Origin: Octopus vulgaris
Taxonomy: Eukaryota
NCBI GenBank assembly: GCA_951406725.2
Contig: OX597817.1
Span: 62,744,001 to 62,808,000, forward strand
Length of the DNA: 64,000 nucleotides
Direction of reading: 5' to 3'
Shown: positions 58,697 to 64,000 of the stretch, piece by piece
Layout: each line of letters starts with the position of its first letter
Position numbering within the stretch: the first letter of the stretch is position 1
Notes under the pieces: generated by a model
What the model was told of the DNA's origin: nothing
The model's input: the letters and a program-made list of their open reading frames with translations, nothing else
Databases searched by the model: none
Translations under genes and position numbers: made by a program

Positions 58697-60169
58697 CGTC
58701 CAATGCAAAAAATTACTCTCAAATATGCGTAAGGAAACCTGAGAAACGTTAATTTCCGAGTGTCTATCGAAGTAGACGATAGTTTAGCAACGACAGAATT
58801 TTGTACTAGTTTTGTATAAATTTATCAACGTGATTACATCCAATAAATATTTCATATTTCATTTTTAGGCATTTCCTATGGGTTATTAATATTTGCAAAA
58901 CTACTAAGATATATAAATAACAACGTCACCATGATAACTGAGCTTAAAGCAATGAACTAGCAGTAACACGTTTATCTGTTGGCTCAAAGCCAGAATTAAG
59001 GCTAGAGCTCCAATGACAGAAGTCGATGTTGCGTACTTCTCCTTACCGATATCTAAATATCTACAGATTACGTTCATAAAATTTCTTAGTATTCATTGTC
59101 AGTATTCATGATGTTGAGATTGTGTTAATCACGCATGCGCATGAAACCTAACCTGAATCAGAAAATCTAAATCTGTGGATCTGTTTGATGACTTGATGTG
59201 TATTAAGATAACGCTGACTTATGCGATCTAGTTGGCCGGTATATTCTGAATCACTTAAAACTAATTTCGCTAATTCCAGCATCAACTTGCACTGAGATGA
59301 TGGATTGACCGTATCATACATTTGCGTTGATCACTGTCAACACGTCCTTAGTAAAAGTCTCATGGACATTTTCAAAGGGCAAGGAATGAGTATTAATGTA
59401 GTTACCAACGTAAGTAGATTCTCTCACTGAGTGTAAAATTAGGTGCTTACAAAATCTACCATGCGTCAAATGTAAAAGATATATTCATGAACGCTCACCC
59501 TGTACACAATTTATTTAGAGACGTTTTCTCTAATATCATTCAGAAAATGGTAAACACTCGTCTAATTTTGTCAGAGCGCTAGCAAATATAGGATGCATGA
59601 AGAAAATTTACGACATAGTTTACAATTAGCCACCTTTCAAATACAAGAATACACTTTGAAACGTTACCTGGTTCTCCTCTTTCCAACTGATAACACTTTC
59701 TTATATATCACGTGATCACGTGACTGAGCAGACTGTCAGAGGTTCTTGCAAATCACAGGTCACAATGTGCTTTGCATCGTTTTAACTGTCGAATGACACT
59801 ACACGCTAGTTAGGTGAGCAGGTCAACATTCCCCATTGATCAAAAGGAGGCCTAGCAGCAATGTGAAATGAAATGTCTTCTTCACAAAAAAAACGTGCTA
59901 CCCGTGATGGTAATGAAAACCACAAAGAAAAATACTAATAAGCAGCACTTACGCTGCATTCAATAGATTAATACAACATAATGAACCAATGCATATAAAG
60001 CAGCTCAAAAAATTAAATCTTTTACTGTCTGTCAAATCATAGACACCGTGAGAATCGAAGTCAACCGATTTCTTATAAGTATAAATTTTATATTCTACCT
60101 AATGATAAGCAGTAATGCTTCAGTTAATACTTGTCTGCATGTGTAACTATACTGAAATACGCATATACT

Positions 60170-60291
<122 letters not shown>

Positions 60292-60298
60292 TATACAT

Positions 60299-60329
<31 letters not shown>

Positions 60330-60338
<9 letters not shown>

Positions 60339-60577
60339 TAAAGATCCTGGGTAAGTCCAAAACAATGCGAAGTAAATGCAAGGTAAATCACGAGAAAACA
60401 AATATGTGAATTAATGTAGACTTACCTTGTATTCAATATTTCGGGCTTATGACCCCATCCTCAAGAAATTGACGAATGTTGCTGATGTGAGTGTAATCCA
60501 CATATTTGGTTTCTTGTGATTTACCTTGCATTTACTTCGCATTGTTTTGGCCTTACCCATGATCTTTTATACAATAT
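60330..60577. mobile_element. Fold-back element: ~80-bp inverted arms around a hammerhead-like spacer, next to (TA)n
   Basis: 60332-60413 resembles the reverse complement of 60494-60575. The spacer on the minus strand reads ttc TTGAGGA t ggg-gtcataag-ccc GAAA ta TT gaa. Confidence 0.7.
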
Positions 60578-60602
60578 ATTCTACACAATGCTTCTCAGTA
60601 AT

Positions 60603-60650
<48 letters not shown>

Positions 60651-61499
60651 AATATATACGACTCTGTAACATATAAACCGATAGGAAAAGTACCAGATTT
60701 TAAAAATGTGATGGGGACGATTCGTTCGACTTAAATTCTTCAAGGTGGTGCCCCAGCATGGCCGCAGTCCAAAGCCTGAAAAAATCAAAGAATAGAAGAA
60801 TATATATATTTATATATACTTCCATGTATGTATGTATGTGTGTGTGTGTGTGTGTGTGTACACGTATACAATTGAACTGTTTTAGATGTAAATATCTGGC
60901 GTTTTCCTTTCCCCTTGCATTTCGTTGTTACGTACATTGTTAGTCTTATTTATGTAACGCCTATAAACTCAGTGATACGAAATTTTATTGGCGCAGTCTG
61001 AGGAATAGTTCCATAGAATGCAAAGACTTCAGAATTTATATGTGCCGAGATCGTGCAGATTCTGGTCTCCATGGCTGACCATATCTAATTCGTCCTTTGC
61101 CGTTTATTGTTTCCATGCACCATTTCGAATTTTACACGCGCGTGCGTTCGAGTACCCTGCTTCCAATACACGGTGGCAAAAGTGACTAAAGAACACTACA
61201 AAATTAAAGTACCGAAGTGTAAAGTAAAATTGTCAAATGATGGCTAGGCTTTGAAAACTTACACTTTTAATTTTTGAAAAACCCTACTTGTTAAAACGGT
61301 AGTAACGTCGAACAGCCATATTGATGTGGCGATAAGCATCATTTCTCAGTATAGTTACTACTTTCCTCTCTTATTGAGATTTTCTAACTAGTTACTTTGT
61401 TGTATGAGAACTGATATAAATACGAACGCAAATAATGGATTGGATAAAGTTTTGAGCTTTTTAGTATTATTAAAGACATGCGGAAAACGTTGTTCAAGT

Positions 61500-62130
61500 A
61501 CTATAAAAGCGATGTTTGCTTTGAAGTTTGTTATTGATCTTCCCCTTTATGCATGACCCATTGCAGTAGAAAGTATTTCTTCTTTCTTTCCAAACTTCTA
61601 TAACTCCTTCTCAGCAAATTGGATCAGCCTTCGTTATAATTTGCTTTGCATTTTGTAACATTTTAGAATTATTGCCTTCAGTTCTTTAATTGGATATCCT
61701 TTGGCTCGCGTCTCAAGTTTTCTCTGATCCCTTTTTGCCATCATCTTTACAATATGCCCTTCGCTGCTCTTAATTTAAAACGTCTTTATCATTTACATCC
61801 ACATCATGCAACTCCACTTATTCATTAGTCCTTTCCAACCTCGGTTTCAATGTTCTTTCCTACGCCATATCACTTGTATTGATGAATCGTTTCCCTAATA
61901 ACCCTGTTTTGTCAATATCACATAACAACATGCTTTAATATTTATTTAAAACTTCAGTACAATATCTAATTGCAACAGTATCGTCCGCACTTACATTTTC
62001 ATCTACTATCCCTAACAGTATAGATTCCAAAATTGTTTTTAACAGCATTAAAGTATACAGAATTTATGTTTTTTGTTTGCTCTGGTTTATTTCCCCTTTA
62101 ATTGAACTGCTGAAAGCATGCTGGTAGCCC
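61500..62130 (-). mobile_element. Possible highly decayed RTE-like RT fragment
   Basis: The minus strand has SADDTVAI (YADD-like) and a downstream RGR motif; otherwise heavily disrupted. Confidence 0.3.
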
Positions 62131-62311
62131 TTGATTTGAAGATGATCGGTCTTTGAATCTGTTACAGGCATGCAATTTATCTCTATAGGTAAATATAAAG
62201 TACTAATACTCCCTGTTGATATTCCACGGTTTAATGAGAAACAGCAACCAAGTATTAAAGATCAAATTGACATTTTAATGTTCTGCTTTCAAATTTTATA
62301 TATATATATTC

Positions 62312-62348
<37 letters not shown>

Positions 62349-63596
62349 CATGTGTGTGCATGGGTGTATGTGTGTGTGTGCATTAAATAGATTTTGCAAA
62401 TGACTGGAACAACATCTAGCCGCATTACTTTAATAATACTATCTAACAACGCTAATAGCGTTTATCTGACATGTGTGCACATACCAATATCGTTCGTTTC
62501 AATCTCTCTCTTTCTCTATCTCTATCTCTATCTATCTATCTTTCCCATTTACTCACTCTCTCTTTCACACACACACTCTCTCTATCACTCACGCTCTCTT
62601 TGTATCACAGTCTTTCTCTTTCTATTGCACAAATACGCTTACCATCTCCTTCCTACAGATTTGATACACCACAGGAAACTATCGTTAGTATTTTAATACA
62701 ATAGAAGGCTGAATATTCTGCCTTATAAAAAACAATAAAAACTACGACATAATTGCATTATTTCTCAGCACTTACCTCGATATATCTTCAAGTAATCATT
62801 ACAAACCCTATGTAAGAAATTGAACATCACGGTCTTGGATTTTCTAAATTTGTGAGTGCTTCATCTTTTAATCTTTCTGTATTGAGAATAAGAAGCTGCA
62901 CAAATGTTGCAATAAATATTTTATTGCAATCTTCGATCTATGTTAACAAAAGATCTTCATCTTCAATCATGACATCACTCCGATTTCTTGTTTAGAAATT
63001 CAAATGTGGTGTAACACTCTGTCCCTGTCCTTTATAAACTTTCCTGTTACGAATAATATTGCACACTTGATTCACCGATATTGTAGGCTTTCTAGGACTA
63101 ATTCAGCTTTTGATAACACTACTTTTAAGCTTGATAATTATTGCTAATTTCTATTCCAATCCTATAAATTTTTGAAATTTTCTTCTTCATTAGATATTGC
63201 ACTACATGTACGTAATAGCAGAATTCACTCGTTTACACTTCATGATAATAGGTAGAGTGTTTGAAAAAATACAGTAAACTTATGTTTAACACGACATTCA
63301 ATAGTACAGTCCGAAATGTAACACGGTTTATGATATAACAGCAAGTCAATGCACTTTGTATGAAAGAATATCTTAATAAATATTTGATGTCTAAATGAAA
63401 GTGATGCATTCGACAGCCGCTAAAAAAACATGAGACAAAACTGAAACAGGAAATTATACTGCATTATGTCTTTGTAAAGAAACAGTATAAATAAACTGCT
63501 TTTCACGCAGTATTCGAATTTTGATGCCTAATGGCTAGACGCCTAACAAAAGAACAATGGCCTGCCGCAGTACTCGAACATTTAATAACCAGGACT

Positions 63597-63690
<94 letters not shown>

Positions 63691-63693
<3 letters not shown>

Positions 63694-64000
63694 AGTGGCT
63701 GTGTGGTAAGTAGCTTGCTAACCAACCACATGGTTCCGGGTTCAGTCCACTGCGTGGCATCTTGGGCAAGTGTCTTCTGCTATAGCCCCGGGCCGACCAA
63801 TGCCTTGTGAGTGGATTTGGTAGACGGAAACTGAAAGAAGCCTGTCGTATATATGTATATATATGTGTGTGTTTGTGTGTGTGTGTTTGTGCGTCTGTGT
63901 TTGTCCCCCTAGCATTGCTTGACAGCCGATGCTGGTGTGTTTACGCCCCCGTCACCTAGCGGTTCGGCAAAAGAGACCGATAGAATAAGTACTGGGCTTA
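63691..64000 (+). mobile_element. SINE family A (runs off the window)
   Basis: Family consensus. Confidence 0.9.

Overview
AT-rich, microsatellite-saturated eukaryotic DNA. The repeat repertoire strongly resembles an octopus (coleoid cephalopod) genome, which is an inference. No intact host gene is visible; one short SEYE..RRS-motif gene fragment lies at 48.6-48.85 kb. Most of the window is tRNA-derived SINEs (four families), decayed LINEs (Dong/R4 in (AAT)n, CR1, RTE/Rex3, a Tx1-like ORF1), a truncated intron-containing Chapaev3-like DNA transposon, and very long simple repeats including 3.8 kb of (ATT)n. The main signal is a hammerhead-ribozyme (HHR) retroelement system inserted into (TA)n-type microsatellites. 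It has three parts: (i) two related non-coding units of 586 and 564 bp, each with one type-I HHR, arranged as inverted plus head-to-tail, circularly permuted copies (retrozyme-like); (ii) several short solo or fold-back elements carrying minimal HHR variants; (iii) two decayed Penelope-like (PLE) RT/GIY-YIG elements that are plausible relatives of the mobilising partner. All family assignments are by eye and from memory of motifs; no database searches were run.
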